DNA of 64,000 nucleotides from an uncultured Candidatus Saccharibacteria bacterium (GCA_964400155.1 CAYNSQ010000002.1:6797-70796), one strand, 5' to 3'; shown: positions 33,231 to 43,010, numbered from the stretch's first letter. The notes: generated from the letters alone by a model not told the origin. Numbers and translations are program-made.

Positions 33231-34051
33231 TATCTTATAAAGTATACCACTTTGACCGAATAACTAAGTTCGTTCTCGCCCGGTTGAACAGCTATCGATG
33301 AAACTTTTGCATCGGCGGATTGCACAGCATTAGATCCGCTACATAGTCCGTAAGGTCCACAACCTCCATCTCCGCCAAAACCACCGGAATCTTCAACAGT
33401 TTTGACCTGTGCAATTTTAAAACCAAGGTTACTTGCTGATTTTTCAGCTTTAGCGCGGGCATCTTTGGTTGCTTCGTTGCGAGCTTGATCTTCGAGTTGT
33501 TTTTGTTTGGCTTTAGAGAAAGTCGAACTTGGCGTAACTGCACCTTCGGGTGTTGTAGTTACCAAATAGTCCTGAACTTTTTGAGCCAAATCTTTATCGT
33601 TTACGGTAGTTGTAATCGACAGAGTATAGACGTTTTTGTTGGTAGTAGTATCGTAGTAGTAGTTGTTGCTGTAGCCAGAGGCGTCGGACTTAATATTTTT
33701 ATCCTCCACCCCCAATTTTTTAAGTTGGCTGACAATTTCGTCGCTCTTTTTGGTCAGTTGGCTTATCAGTGCTTCTTTGTCGGTACCTTCAAACTGGTAT
33801 GTTGGGTAGAAAACAAATTCATCCGGTTCGGCTTTTACGGTAGCTTCACCCGTAACATCAATTGTACGGCTGTTAGCCGGAATGTTTGCTTGCCAGGGCT
33901 TCCATAAGGCTATCATCACCCCAATGGCCACAGCCATTAATGCAACAAGAAGCCAAGGTAAGAACCTAAACAATTTTCTTTTTGGTGGTGGAGTTACTGA
34001 CGGAGCGGAAAAAGTGTTTTGAAGTGAATTTACATCATTATCCATAAGCAA
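33230..34051 (-). CDS. SIMPL/DUF541 domain protein, membrane-anchored
   Basis: TIDVTGEATVKAEPDEF..., ARNEATKDARAKAEKSASNLGFKI and a C-terminal ELSYSVKVVYFI are typical of the SIMPL family. It overlaps the next gene's start by 1 nt. Confidence 0.75.
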   Translation of the reverse strand: MLMDNDVNSLQNTFSAPSVTPPPKRKLFRFLPWLLVALMAVAIGVMIALWKPWQANIPANSRTIDVTGEATVKAEPDEFVFYPTYQFEGTDKEALISQLTKKSDEIVSQLKKLGVEDKNIKSDASGYSNNYYYDTTTNKNVYTLSITTTVNDKDLAQKVQDYLVTTTPEGAVTPSSTFSKAKQKQLEDQARNEATKDARAKAEKSASNLGFKIAQVKTVEDSGGFGGDGGCGPYGLCSGSNAVQSADAKVSSIAVQPGENELSYSVKVVYFIR

Positions 34052-34151
34052 TATAATCCGCTATTTACACTAATGTGTAAATAGTTAAGTGTGATTAAAA
34101 TAATAGGGCCGATGGTACTTTATGCTTGCCGATGTTAGGATTGAAGTAATC

Positions 34152-36002
34152 ATGCAGCGACTTCTGAAAAATACAATATTAGCTATCTTTGCTATAGCTT
34201 GTTTGGTGCCTTTTATTAGTGCCACTAGCCAAGCACAGGGTACCCAAAATTTTAGATTTAGTTCATTTAGTGCTGATTATTACCTTAACAGAGACACTAA
34301 TAAGACCTCGACATTGAAAGTAGTAGAGACTCTTGTTGCTGAATTTCCCAACTATGACCAAAACCATGGCATATTGAGGGCTTTACCTCAAACTTATCAA
34401 AATCATACGCTTAGCCTGGAAGTAATTTCAGTTACCAATGACAATGGAAGCCCTTGGAACTATACAACTTACGAAGAAAACAATAATTTAGTTCTTAAAA
34501 TTGGTGACGCTAACCGCTATGTGCAAGGCAGTCAGACGTATGTCATTACTTACACAATGCGCAATGTTGTGCTGTTCCTTGATGATCATGATGAATTCTA
34601 CTGGGACGTGAATGGTGACCAATGGCCTCAACCCTTTGATAGTGTCAGTGCACGTATTCATATACCTAAAGAATTATCATCTTATTTACAGCAACGCCAA
34701 GTATGCTTTATTGGGTATCCATCTCAGTCAAACAGTAATATGTGTACTATACAAAGGACAAACGAGGGTGAGGGAGTCTTAGTTGAGGTACAAACAAAAG
34801 AAACAGTCTTAGCCGGCCAAACCATGACTTTCGGACTTGCTTTTGATAAAGATACGTTTGTGCTTGGTCCGGAAGTCGCCAGGGAGAAGTTATTTCGAAA
34901 AATAGGTATAGGTATAGCAATTATTGGAGCAATAATTCCACCGCTTGTAGCTTTTGGACTGATGTTTCGACGTTGGCGAGCCTTTGGCAATGACCCCAAA
35001 GGCAGGGGGGTAATTGTACCAGAATATGAACCGCCAAAAGGGCTTAATGTGGTCTCGAGTGATTTTGTTCTAAGACAAACAATTGGGGCTAAGACTTTCA
35101 GCTCTGCACTTTTAGAACTCGCGGTTAATAAATATATAAGAATTAATGAAATCAAAATAAATAAAAAACTTCGAAAAGACTCCATTGATTATGAACTGGA
35201 AATTACAAAACCCTTAGATCAAGTAGATAAAGAACTTTATGAAATTGCCAAAGCGGTAATGCCGGTTACAGAGGTTGGCACCAAAATGAAAATCAGTGAA
35301 ATTTCCAAGTCTATTACTACACGGACTGAAATAGCCAAAGCTATTACCAAGTTAAAAGATTCTCTAGCTACAAATCTTACAAAAGATAATTACTTTGTTA
35401 AAAATCCTAAAGCAGTGAAGTCATCTTATCGGCTATGGTCAACCGCTCCCACTATAGTCGGAGTATTAGTATTATTCTTTGTTAGTCAAATTTATACACC
35501 ATTTATCGGAATAGGTGTGGGCTTAATAGCAGTAGGTGTGGTCATGATATTTTTTGCTGCAATAATGCCAGCCAGAACAGTTAAGGGAGTTGAAACACAC
35601 GATGCGTTACTTGGTCTCAAAGACTATATAAATTTGGCAGAAAAAGACAGACTTAATTTTAATCAAAGTCCGGAAGGTGCAGAAAAAATAAGCAATGGTT
35701 CGTTTGACCCGAACGAGACTAAAATGCAGATCAAACTTTTTGAAAGCTTGTTGCCTTATGCAGTATTGTTTGGTCTAGAAAAAAAATGGGCAGAACAGTT
35801 CAAGGAAATTTACAAGTCACCACCTGATTGGTATGGGGGTAATTTGCATACTTTTAACTCTTTGTATTTAGTTAATTCAATACATTCTTTTTCTGAAGTA
35901 AGTAGTGTTTCTTTTTCTCCGCCTGCCAGTAGCTCTAGTGGCGGATTTTCTGGAGGAGGTGCCGGTGGCGGTGGCGGTGGCGGCGGCGGTGGTGGCTGGT
36001 AG
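34152..36002 (+). CDS. DUF2207 family membrane protein with a poly-Gly C-terminus
   Basis: Signal/TM followed by a large N-terminal ectodomain, central TMs, and the C-terminal SSSGGFSGGGAGGGGGGGGGGGW tail characteristic of DUF2207. Confidence 0.7.
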   Translation: MQRLLKNTILAIFAIACLVPFISATSQAQGTQNFRFSSFSADYYLNRDTNKTSTLKVVETLVAEFPNYDQNHGILRALPQTYQNHTLSLEVISVTNDNGSPWNYTTYEENNNLVLKIGDANRYVQGSQTYVITYTMRNVVLFLDDHDEFYWDVNGDQWPQPFDSVSARIHIPKELSSYLQQRQVCFIGYPSQSNSNMCTIQRTNEGEGVLVEVQTKETVLAGQTMTFGLAFDKDTFVLGPEVAREKLFRKIGIGIAIIGAIIPPLVAFGLMFRRWRAFGNDPKGRGVIVPEYEPPKGLNVVSSDFVLRQTIGAKTFSSALLELAVNKYIRINEIKINKKLRKDSIDYELEITKPLDQVDKELYEIAKAVMPVTEVGTKMKISEISKSITTRTEIAKAITKLKDSLATNLTKDNYFVKNPKAVKSSYRLWSTAPTIVGVLVLFFVSQIYTPFIGIGVGLIAVGVVMIFFAAIMPARTVKGVETHDALLGLKDYINLAEKDRLNFNQSPEGAEKISNGSFDPNETKMQIKLFESLLPYAVLFGLEKKWAEQFKEIYKSPPDWYGGNLHTFNSLYLVNSIHSFSEVSSVSFSPPASSSSGGFSGGGAGGGGGGGGGGGW

Positions 36003-36026
36003 GTCTTATTAAAGCAAATTAGAGAT

Positions 36027-37289
36027 TTATTTCGAACACACTTCGCATAGGTGTTCAGTTTCGGCATCAGCTATCCAGTGTTTGGAAGCTATATGCCATG
36101 ATTGTAAATCGTGATAACCAACCAAATCAGCTAACGACCTTAAAACCCAGCCGGTCTTGCCAAAAAAATCTCTTTTTCCCCAAGATACGGCCGCCCAAAA
36201 TGGACCAGCAGGTGTAATATAGATCGGCTTTTTTGCAATATACCGTTTAGGGCTTTTGCCACTTGTACGTAGCAACAGGTTTTTTGCTAAAAACTTGCCG
36301 TCGTAAAGTGCTGTCTGTGCCATTCCTGAATATTGAGTGCCGGCATTGTCACCTATTACAAAAATATCATCTCCGGCTTCAAGTAGTTCATCTACTTCTA
36401 CTTTGCCATGTTCATCAAAACTGAATTTGTTGTTAGATAGAAAAGGGTTTTGTGCTACTCCTGCAGTCCATATCACTGTATGTGAACTTAGTAATTCACC
36501 ACTCAACTTCAACTGGTCATGTGTCTCTGCAATAACTCTTTGATTGAGGTGAACTTTAACGCCTAGTTTACTTAATCGCTTCATTATTTTGGCTGAGTAT
36601 TTTTCGCTCATTCTTGGCATTAGTCTTGGCATAGCTTCAACTAAAACCACGCTTACTCTTCGGTCTTTTAACCCGTGACATTTCATAATGTGCTTTATGT
36701 ATCCTGGAAGCGATCCGGCTAGTTCTACTCCAGTTGGCCCACCGCCGACAACAATGTAGTTTACATCCGGCTTACCATCGTCTAGGAGAGACTCGTGTAA
36801 ATGATCTCTTAACTTTTTGGCTTCCAAAAGGGACTTTATTCCATACGAATTTTCTGCCAGACCTTTTATGCCAAAATAGTTTGTTACCGAACCTAGAGAA
36901 ACTACCAAAATATCATAGGGGTAGCTCTTTCCTGAAAGGCATTTTACTTTTTTGTTTTCTCTATCAAGAACAGCAGCGGTGTCAGTTACCAAATTGATAT
37001 CTTTGCCGGAAAATATTTCTGACAGGTCTATAGTTGAGGCTTTTTGATTACCGCCGGTAGCTGTTTTATACAACATTGGATAATAACGGAAATATGGTTG
37101 TTCACTTAAAAGAGTTACGTTATATTTACTGGCATTTTCAAGCCCCAGAGCTGTTTTTACCCCACCAAAGCCGGCTCCTAGTATAAGCACCCGTTCAATA
37201 GCCGGGTTGTTCATTGCCTCTACTGTTGATTCTGTAAGAGTTGCCACTAGCAATATAGTATAGATTGCCATTGTTAATATGCGCAACAA
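36027..37289 (-). CDS. ndh: type II NADH dehydrogenase (NDH-2, FAD-dependent pyridine nucleotide-disulfide oxidoreductase)
   Basis: Two Rossmann motifs, VLILGAGFGGV and YIVVGGGPTGVELAG, plus FVIGDNA. The start may be the internal Met at 37214. Confidence 0.8.
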   Translation of the reverse strand: MLRILTMAIYTILLVATLTESTVEAMNNPAIERVLILGAGFGGVKTALGLENASKYNVTLLSEQPYFRYYPMLYKTATGGNQKASTIDLSEIFSGKDINLVTDTAAVLDRENKKVKCLSGKSYPYDILVVSLGSVTNYFGIKGLAENSYGIKSLLEAKKLRDHLHESLLDDGKPDVNYIVVGGGPTGVELAGSLPGYIKHIMKCHGLKDRRVSVVLVEAMPRLMPRMSEKYSAKIMKRLSKLGVKVHLNQRVIAETHDQLKLSGELLSSHTVIWTAGVAQNPFLSNNKFSFDEHGKVEVDELLEAGDDIFVIGDNAGTQYSGMAQTALYDGKFLAKNLLLRTSGKSPKRYIAKKPIYITPAGPFWAAVSWGKRDFFGKTGWVLRSLADLVGYHDLQSWHIASKHWIADAETEHLCEVCSK

Positions 37290-37378
37290 TCGTATAATAA
37301 TAATTAAGCTAAATTATTGTGCGCAAGATCATAGACTAAAATTTTTTCATGTGATCACAAATTGTAAAAGGAGATAGT

Positions 37379-38824
37379 GTGGCCAAACAACTTTCAAAGC
37401 ATTCAGAAAATAAATGGGCGATTTTAGCATTATTAGCAGTAGCACAATTTATGGTTGTTCTAGATGTAGCAATTGTCAATGTAGCACTTCCTTCTATCGC
37501 AAAAGATCTAAATTTTGCACCTAACAACTTACAGTGGGTGGTTACGGCATACACCTTAACCTTTGGAGGATTCCTACTACTAGGTGGTAGGGCTGCAGAC
37601 ATATTTGGCCGTCGTAAAGTTTTTATATCAGCTGTAGCTTTTTTTGGATTGATGTCTTTTTTATGTGGGATGGCAGCAAACGAGTCCCAGCTAATCATAG
37701 CGAGAGCAGCTCAAGGTTTGGCGGCGGCATTTATGTCACCGGCTGCACTTTCTATTGTGCTCAGTGAATTCAAGGAAGGTAAAGAACGTAACACTGCCAT
37801 GGGTGTATGGGCTGCAGTAGCAGCCGGTGGCGCAGCTGTAGGCGTACTACTTGGTGGAATTTTGACACAATACCTTGATTGGCGCTGGAATTTTTTTGTA
37901 AATGTGCCTGTCTCAATCATAGTTGTCTTGACTGGGCTAAAACTGTTGCCTCACCATATTGGTGAAGAAAAGCATAAAGTAAAACTAGATTTGACCGGTG
38001 CGGTAACAGCAACAGCTGGGTTAATGGCCTTAGTTTATGGTTTGTCAAAAGCACCTGCAGCCGGCTGGGGTTCTGATACCGTTATTGGCTTTTTAATTGC
38101 CAGCGCTGTTCTATTAACAGCCTTTGTCTATAATGAAATGAAAGTTGACCAGCCATTATTACCGCTAAAGTTGTTTAGGATTCGCAATGTACTAGGTGGC
38201 AACCTTGCATTTCTAGCCATTGCTTGCACACTATTTTCAATGTTCTTTTTTCTAACGCTATATATTCAGCAAGTACTTGGATATTCACCGGTTAAGACAG
38301 GACTTTCTTTTCTACCAGTAACTTTCATAATTGGTATTACATCTGGGGTAGTCTCTAAATTAGTCGCTAAAATTGGTTACAAACCACCAATGCAGCTTGG
38401 TCCCATTGTCCTGGCTATTGGTCTTTATGTTCTAAGCATTACAATGGAAGTAGGCGGTGACTATTGGCATAATGTGTTTCCGGGCTTAGCACTATGTGCG
38501 TTTGGCATGGGTTTAACTTTTGTGGCAGGTACTTTGGCTGCAACTTCAGGAGTTCCAAAGCACTTTTCCGGAATTGCTTCGGGCATTTTGAATACTTCTC
38601 AACAGGTAGGTGGAGCCATAGGTCTGGCCATACTTTCTGCTGTTGCTTTTTCAACAGTAAGAACAGACGTAACAGCGGGCACATCTCCACTAGTAGCACA
38701 GGTTAATGGCTATGAGGCAGCCCTACAAGTAGGTATAGGCTTGGCCTTACTTGGTGCAGTGGCGGTTTTTGTATTTGTGAAGAATCATAAAGTTGATGCC
38801 AAAGAAGCGATGATGGCTGGCTAA
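37379..38824 (+). CDS. MFS transporter, DHA2 (EmrB/QacA-like, 14-TMS) type
   Basis: GTG start. LDVAIVNVALPSI, GGRAADIFGRRKVF and about 14 hydrophobic segments. Confidence 0.8.
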   Translation: MAKQLSKHSENKWAILALLAVAQFMVVLDVAIVNVALPSIAKDLNFAPNNLQWVVTAYTLTFGGFLLLGGRAADIFGRRKVFISAVAFFGLMSFLCGMAANESQLIIARAAQGLAAAFMSPAALSIVLSEFKEGKERNTAMGVWAAVAAGGAAVGVLLGGILTQYLDWRWNFFVNVPVSIIVVLTGLKLLPHHIGEEKHKVKLDLTGAVTATAGLMALVYGLSKAPAAGWGSDTVIGFLIASAVLLTAFVYNEMKVDQPLLPLKLFRIRNVLGGNLAFLAIACTLFSMFFFLTLYIQQVLGYSPVKTGLSFLPVTFIIGITSGVVSKLVAKIGYKPPMQLGPIVLAIGLYVLSITMEVGGDYWHNVFPGLALCAFGMGLTFVAGTLAATSGVPKHFSGIASGILNTSQQVGGAIGLAILSAVAFSTVRTDVTAGTSPLVAQVNGYEAALQVGIGLALLGAVAVFVFVKNHKVDAKEAMMAG

Positions 38825-38842
38825 TCCGCCTGTGGCGGATTA
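38822..38842 (+). terminator. perfect 9-bp hairpin overlapping the MFS stop codon
   Basis: TAATCCGCC-TGT-GGCGGATTA. There is no clean T-tract, so function as a terminator is uncertain. Confidence 0.45.
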
Positions 38843-38975
38843 GCAATGTTCAATTTTCAACGAGAACAACTAGATCAATGAGTTTTACAAAGATAGTTAA
38901 TGTTTTTAAGTCATTCAGCGGGTTCAACCTTAACACGATTGATCTGTTTGATAGCTTTGAGCATTCTTTTGTTTA

Positions 38976-39392
38976 TTACTGCGAGCAAACAGGGCAAAGG
39001 CCATATATTTCTAGACTATGACCACGGGGTGAGAAATTGTTTTTTTGAGCTACAGTATCAATCATTTTTTCTAGCATAACGTTTGCTGGTAAATCTATGA
39101 TTTTTCCGCATTTTTCACAGTGCATATGGTGGTGGTGGGCAGAAAATAAATCAGACAACTCTATTCTATACTTCCAGCCAATATTTAGTCGGTGTACAAT
39201 TCCTAATTTTTCAAAAAGCTCGATCGTTCGGTAAACGGTAGCTCTATCAACTTCCGGTGATGCACGTGATGCGAGTACTTGCATACTTTGCGGTTCTTGG
39301 TCTCTAAGTAAATCAAACACCAGTTGACGAGTACGGGTAAGACTTGAGCCGTTTTGTTTGAGGATGGTTTTAAGAGTTTGACGGTGTGTCAT
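38976..39392 (-). CDS. Fur family metalloregulator (likely Zur by context)
   Basis: Winged helix (DRATVYRTIELFEKLGIVHRL), a HHHHMHCEKCGKIIDL metal site and a C-terminal CPVC. It is divergent from a ZIP transporter gene. Confidence 0.8.
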   Translation of the reverse strand: MTHRQTLKTILKQNGSSLTRTRQLVFDLLRDQEPQSMQVLASRASPEVDRATVYRTIELFEKLGIVHRLNIGWKYRIELSDLFSAHHHHMHCEKCGKIIDLPANVMLEKMIDTVAQKNNFSPRGHSLEIYGLCPVCSQ

Positions 39393-39416
39393 ATGTATTA
39401 TTGTCTCAATTTTAAC

Positions 39417-39436
39417 GCAAATTGCGACAAATTTGC
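39417..39436. promoter_or_regulatory. 7-6-7 inverted repeat, candidate Fur/Zur operator
   Basis: GCAAATT-GCGACA-AATTTGC lies in the 76-nt divergent intergenic region. Confidence 0.4.
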
Positions 39437-39468
39437 AAAATAATAATTAAGCAAATATATTTAACAAC

Positions 39469-40197
39469 ATGATTGTGTTTCTTTTAACCATTGCAGCCTC
39501 CGTGGCAGCCTTAATTGGCGGTTATACAGCACTGCGAAACCGGAAAAACCTAGACCTGGCTATTGCTCTTAGTTCTGGGTTGGTTCTCGGACTTGTAACT
39601 TTCGATCTATTGCCGGAGATCTTTGAAATCGCTAGTTCGGAGGACATCAACACTACTGGTCTAATGGCTGCTTTAACGACTGGATTTTTGCTTTTTCATA
39701 TTTTTGAAAAGTTTGTTCCAGTTCATCAAACAAGTGAAGAAAAGTATGGACCGCACCAGCATCCTAGATTGGGTACAGCTAGAGCTTTGGCCTTGACCGG
39801 ACACAGTTTCTTGGATGGTCTTAGTATTGGGGTGGCTTTTCAGGTCAGTACAGCTGTTGGAGTCGTAGTGGCTATTGCCGTTATAGGTCACCGCTTTGCC
39901 GATGGTTTTGATACCACAACATTTATGCTGTTTAACAAGAATAAACTTACTCATATCAAGGGTTGGCTGGCGGTTGTTGTGGTGATGCCTATAATTGGCG
40001 GTCTAGCCAGTTTGGCAATTACCGTGTCTGAAAAGATGCTTGCATATTATCTTTCATTTTTTGCTGGCTTTATTCTTTATATTGCGGTTAGCAACATAAT
40101 CCCCCAAGCACACACGGAAAAATCTCCCAAAAAATCCATATTGATAACAATAATTGGAGCACTTTTTATACTAGTAGTGGTTCACTTCGCCGAATAA
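39469..40197 (+). CDS. ZIP family metal (zinc) transporter
   Basis: About eight TMs, His-containing helices (GHSFLDGLSIG; IGHRFADGF) and a His-rich loop (GPHQHP). Confidence 0.75.
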   Translation: MIVFLLTIAASVAALIGGYTALRNRKNLDLAIALSSGLVLGLVTFDLLPEIFEIASSEDINTTGLMAALTTGFLLFHIFEKFVPVHQTSEEKYGPHQHPRLGTARALALTGHSFLDGLSIGVAFQVSTAVGVVVAIAVIGHRFADGFDTTTFMLFNKNKLTHIKGWLAVVVVMPIIGGLASLAITVSEKMLAYYLSFFAGFILYIAVSNIIPQAHTEKSPKKSILITIIGALFILVVVHFAE

Positions 40198-40222
40198 TCC
40201 CAACTCGGGTACAATAGAAGGT

Positions 40223-41284
40223 ATGCTAGTGGCGGTAATTGTTTTGGGTGTTTTGGTTTTGTTGCTGGCCGGGCTTCTGACCTGGGTCTTTTTACGACCG
40301 CCAAAAAAAGATACTGAATCTTCTTTGATGTTAAAGTCTGACATAACTGAACTTACTAAAGGCATAGCCGAGCTTAAGGATGGTTTGCAAAAGCAGCTAA
40401 CTACCCAATTAGGAACCAGTAACAAACAAATGGCTGCTCAGTTTGAAGCCAGTGCCAAGATAATTAGAGAAGTCACTACAAAGCTAACTGAGCTGGATCG
40501 CACCAACAAAAGTGTGGGTGATGTAGCCAGTGAACTTAAGACGTTGCAAAACGTACTGCAAAACCCCAAACAGCGTGGTGTGCTTGGTGAGTATTATTTA
40601 GAGCAAATTTTAAAAAACACTTTGCCGCCAGGGTCGTTCGAACTTCAGTATAAACTAGCCGAGGGTATGGTAGTCGATGCGGTTGTTAAAATGGATGGCA
40701 AACTCTTGCCAATTGATAGTAAATTTAGTCTAGAAAATTATAACCGTATCTTAGAAGCCAAAGCAGAAGACAAACCAGCCCTGGAGAAATCTTTTAAAGA
40801 GGATCTTAAAAAAAGGATAGACGAAACCAGCAAGTATATAAGAACCAATAAAGGTACGCTAGACCAAGCACTTATGTTCATACCAAGTGAAGCTATTTAT
40901 TATGATTTGCTAGCAAATAAAGTTGGTCTTGCGGGTGTTAGTGGACGTAACTTGATGCAATATGCAGCAGTTGATAAGAAAGTAACAATTGTTGGCCCGA
41001 GTACTCTTTCTGCTATGCTTCAAATTATTGTTCAAGGTTTGCGATCGATCGAAATTCAAAAGGATACCGATACCATAAGAAAAAATATTGAACAGCTTAG
41101 CAAACACTTACTTGCCCATAATGGCTACATGCAAAAACTTGGTAGTAGTCTGGGCACGACAGTAGGACATTTTAATACCACCTACAAAGAGCTAGGTAAA
41201 ATAGATAAAGACGTAGTTAAAATTGCCAATACGGATCCTGTCGTCGAACCCAATCTTCTGGAAAAACCAATCCTAGACGACTGA
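40223..41284 (+). CDS. rmuC: DNA recombination protein RmuC
   Basis: N-terminal TM, a coiled-coil region, and the RmuC core (GVLGEYYLEQIL, VVDAVVKMDGKLLPIDSKFSLENY, MFIPSEAIYYDL). Confidence 0.8.
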   Translation: MLVAVIVLGVLVLLLAGLLTWVFLRPPKKDTESSLMLKSDITELTKGIAELKDGLQKQLTTQLGTSNKQMAAQFEASAKIIREVTTKLTELDRTNKSVGDVASELKTLQNVLQNPKQRGVLGEYYLEQILKNTLPPGSFELQYKLAEGMVVDAVVKMDGKLLPIDSKFSLENYNRILEAKAEDKPALEKSFKEDLKKRIDETSKYIRTNKGTLDQALMFIPSEAIYYDLLANKVGLAGVSGRNLMQYAAVDKKVTIVGPSTLSAMLQIIVQGLRSIEIQKDTDTIRKNIEQLSKHLLAHNGYMQKLGSSLGTTVGHFNTTYKELGKIDKDVVKIANTDPVVEPNLLEKPILDD

Positions 41285-41328
41285 CTTTAGTTGAAGTAGT
41301 TTTGACGGTATAATAAGTGGTAAGTTGT

Positions 41329-42339
41329 ATGGAATATAAAATAGAAGAAATTGCTGGTGTTGCCAAAGATTTAAGAAAGAAGTTCGACTCCCTTGAGGAT
41401 AAATCATCAATTAAACGAGCACCCGAACTTGGGGCTTTATACGCTCGTATTAAGGATCTTCCTCCCAATGACCGAGCAGCCTTTGGTGCCGAAATCAACC
41501 AACTTAAGCAGGAGCTGGATTCTTTAGTAATCGCCCATCGCTCATCAGTTGTAAAGCTTGATCCGATAGATGTGACTGCTCCTTTTGATGTTAATGCAAA
41601 ACAACCCAGTATCTTTACATCAAACCGAGGAGGCAGGCATCCTCTTATGAGCGAACTCGAAATCATCATAGATATTTTCAACCGGATGGGATTTACAGCT
41701 GTTGAATCCCGTCAGCTGGATGATGATTACCATATGTTTACAAGCCTTAACTTTCCAGCTGATCATCCGGCTCGGGATGACTATGACACTTTCATTACAG
41801 AAGAAGGTTTTATTGCTCCTGCTCATACCAGCATTATGCAAAACCGAGTACTAAGGTCTACCAAACCACCGATTCGCTATGTTATTCCTGGAAGGGTGTT
41901 TCGTAATGAAGATCTTGATGCTCGTCACGAGCATACTTTTTATCAGCTAGAAGGAGTTTGTGTAGACAAAGATATTAACGCCGGACACTTGATTGCCACA
42001 TTAAAAACCTTTCTAGAAACCTATTTTGGTACAGAGCTAGAGGTTAAGACTCAGCCTTTCTACTTTCCTTTCACAGAGCCAAGTTTTGAATTTACTATCT
42101 CATGCCCATTTTGTAAAAAAGCTGGCTGTCATATTTGTAGTCAAACAGGCTGGATAGAACTTCTAGGTTGTGGCATGATTCACCCTAATGTCCTTCGCGA
42201 GGGAAGTGTTGACCCAAATGAATACACTGGCTTTGCCTGGGGTATGGGTATTGACCGCCTAGTTATGATGAAATATGGGATTGAAGATGTTCGCCACTTC
42301 CACTCTGGTAACCTAAACTTCCTGAGGCAATTCGTATGA
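41329..42339 (+). CDS. pheS: phenylalanine--tRNA ligase alpha subunit
   Basis: Class II motifs: HPARDDYDTF, RVFRNEDLDARHEHTFYQLEG and GFAWGMGIDRLVM. Confidence 0.9.
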   Translation: MEYKIEEIAGVAKDLRKKFDSLEDKSSIKRAPELGALYARIKDLPPNDRAAFGAEINQLKQELDSLVIAHRSSVVKLDPIDVTAPFDVNAKQPSIFTSNRGGRHPLMSELEIIIDIFNRMGFTAVESRQLDDDYHMFTSLNFPADHPARDDYDTFITEEGFIAPAHTSIMQNRVLRSTKPPIRYVIPGRVFRNEDLDARHEHTFYQLEGVCVDKDINAGHLIATLKTFLETYFGTELEVKTQPFYFPFTEPSFEFTISCPFCKKAGCHICSQTGWIELLGCGMIHPNVLREGSVDPNEYTGFAWGMGIDRLVMMKYGIEDVRHFHSGNLNFLRQFV

Positions 42340-43010
42340 TTGTCATTACAGGAGCTAGCGACGGACTCGGGAGGGAAGTAGCAAAACTCTATTCTGCGGG
42401 CGGTGTTAGGGTTATCAATCTTTCTAGAACAGCAGGTAAAGATGGTATAGAACATCTTAAAACTGATCTAACCAATGAAACATCTATTAAAGAAGCTGTT
42501 CAAAAGATTATCGCTGACCCTGAGAAGCTAGAGGCACTGATTAATTGCGCTGGAGTTTTGAGTATTGAAAAGATCGATAAGTTATCAACAAGCGAAGTTG
42601 ATAAAGTATTAGATACCAACATTCGGTCACCGCTTCTACTAACCAGCGGTCTTATAGAAAAAATTAAGAATGATGGGGCAGATGTGGTTAACGTTGCTTC
42701 TTCCGTAGGCTTTAAAGCTTATCCGGATCAAGCTGCCTATGGTGTTTCCAAATGGGCAATGCGGGGATTTAGTGCAAATCTTCAAATTGAGCTAAAAGAC
42801 TATCCTTGTAGGGTTATTAGTTTTTGTCCGGGGGGTTTTAAGACAGAGTTATTTGAAAAAGCAACTGGTATAGATAACACCAGTGATGGCAGTGAATGGA
42901 TGTCAGTATCGGATGTTGCAAAATGCCTTAAACAATTACTTGATTTACCCAAAAATATGGAGGTATCAGAGATTATAGTAAACCGAAAAACACAGAGGCG
43001 AACGGAATGA
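42336..43010 (+). CDS. short-chain dehydrogenase/reductase (SDR) family oxidoreductase
   Basis: ITGASDGLGRE (TGxxxGxG), NCAG and YGVSKWA (YxxxK). ATGA overlaps occur at both ends with pheS and pheT. Confidence 0.8.
   Translation: MIVITGASDGLGREVAKLYSAGGVRVINLSRTAGKDGIEHLKTDLTNETSIKEAVQKIIADPEKLEALINCAGVLSIEKIDKLSTSEVDKVLDTNIRSPLLLTSGLIEKIKNDGADVVNVASSVGFKAYPDQAAYGVSKWAMRGFSANLQIELKDYPCRVISFCPGGFKTELFEKATGIDNTSDGSEWMSVSDVAKCLKQLLDLPKNMEVSEIIVNRKTQRRTE

Noticed and set aside
35810-36067. Minus-strand ORF encoding a poly-Pro run (PPPPPPPPPPPPAPPP).
   Set aside because: It is the reverse complement of the GGT/GGC poly-Gly tail of the DUF2207 protein and is a low-complexity shadow ORF. It also overlaps the 3' end of ndh.
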